64,000 bases of DNA, taken from the NCBI RefSeq assembly GCF_006345805.1, contig NC_043005.1:29016001-29080000 (forward strand). Direction: 5' to 3'. The number at the start of each line of letters is the position of its first letter. The first letter of the stretch is position 1. The translations under genes and the position numbers were made by a program. The notes beneath the pieces are model-generated. The model was given only the letters and a program-made list of their open reading frames with translations, was not told where the DNA came from and did no database searches. Below are positions 62,483 to 64,000 of this stretch, piece by piece. This DNA comes from Octopus sinensis. Taxonomy: Eukaryota.

Positions 62483-64000
62483 ATAACTTTCATGTAAATT
62501 CTTTGTCTCTTCTGCCAGAGTGGTAAATTTACTAGATGAACTCTTTTATTACCATATTTTGGTTTTTCATGTTAAAACAAGTTGTATCAGGGAACCAGAG
62601 ATGGTCTTTTGTCAAAAGTTTAACAAACATAACGGAAAGATCTGGAAGCTAATTCATATTTCTATTCAAGTACACTGCCTTTGTTTCAATTGATTTTGAA
62701 AATGATGCAGAAAATATAAAAATAACTTTCTCATTATTAAGTTAGCATTTGGTATATATAATGAGGAGTTTTGATGGCAAGTTTTAATTTAGATCACTTC
62801 AAACCAGGGAATTTGTATCACTAAACTATAGTGATTTCTGGTGGTTGGTATCAAAAGGGTTCAATTAAATCATAAATACCTTAATTGATATGAAAATTAG
62901 ATTTCTTAAACTCTAAAAGTATATAAATCTCTCCACTGAAATCTAGACATCTGTTGTAATTTATAGTTATGCCTTATTTCTAGATATTTATGCTATAATA
63001 AAGAAAGCTGCTTATTAATTAGTTTGGAGTATGTTAACTTTTACTAAGAAAATGTAATTTCCAAAATGTAGACTGTCTAGAAAATTCTTATAAATTCCAA
63101 TTTTAATATTTTTTTTTTTTATCAAAATGTGGTTCACAAGATTTTTATTATTGAAGATTTCAACTTTGCAATTCAATCCTAAAGCTAATTTTTATTCACT
63201 GTAACATAGCCATCTTAGATTTTCTTTTTAATGTTTCTGTTTATACTTCAGGAAATATAAAGGTTGCTCAAATATTTGCAACACTGCTTTCTACAGACAT
63301 CTTAGTGAAAACATTTCTCCAGATTATAAGCTTAATCCAGTTTCAGTTAAACTATTTTGATTCCACTAAACTTTCATATTTGTTGGGTTTTGTTGCAAAA
63401 AATAGAAAAGCCGAGTATGAAAACTGGTTTCCATTTGCTTGGGTCAGTTGTACCAAATATAAACTTGTCCACAATGACTTATATCTAGATATGCTGTTAT
63501 ATTTTATGGTGTCATTTAGTTTATTTGTAAGGTGGTGAGCCAGCAGAATCATTGGCATGCTGGACAATATAGTGGCATTTTGTCTGTGGTTACGTTCTGA
63601 CTTTGCTTTTCATCCTCTCAGAGCTGATGAGATAAGTACCAGCTATGTGCTGGGGTCAATGTAATCAACCAACCTCTCCCTGAATTTGCTGGCCTTGTGC
63701 CAAAATTTAAAATCATTTTATGAGTTACAGTTTATCTTTTACTTATTTCAGTCATTGGACTGTGGCCATTCTGGGGCATCACTTTGAAGGGTTTTTAGTT
63801 GAACAAATTAACACCAGGACTTTTTTTTAAAGCCTGGTACTTATGCTATGAGTCTCTTTTGCCAAATTGCTAAGTAATGAGGACAGACACAGACATAAAC
63901 ACACATACATATATATATATACACACACACACGACGGGCTTTCAGTTTCTGTCTATCAAATTAATTCACAAGGCTTTGGTCATCCCAAGGCTACAGAAAA

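Overview
AT-rich animal genomic DNA, very probably a coleoid cephalopod (Octopus-like; inferred from the repeat families). Most of the window (1985-48994, minus strand) is HEATR1/UTP10 (BAP28). I reconstructed 31 phase-consistent GT-AG coding exons encoding about 1629 aa. The C-terminal exons lie beyond the window start, and a likely non-coding first exon lies near 50566-50640. Introns and the upstream region are packed with RTE and CR1-group LINE fragments, several tRNA-derived SINE families, mariner relics, piggyBac-, hAT- and Helentron-like non-autonomous elements and microsatellites. The most notable observation is a roughly 250-bp non-autonomous element with a tRNA-derived (Pol III) head and a minimal Type I hammerhead ribozyme of the Penelope/retrozyme kind. 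It has six copies at three loci, in tandem and inverted arrangements. Other notable items are a 124-bp near-perfect intronic hairpin, a fold-back mariner, an in-frame endonuclease-only RTE derivative and a LINE-like 3' end with three C2H2 zinc fingers. Everything was read by eye, so repeat boundaries are approximate and family names come from remembered motifs, not database searches.
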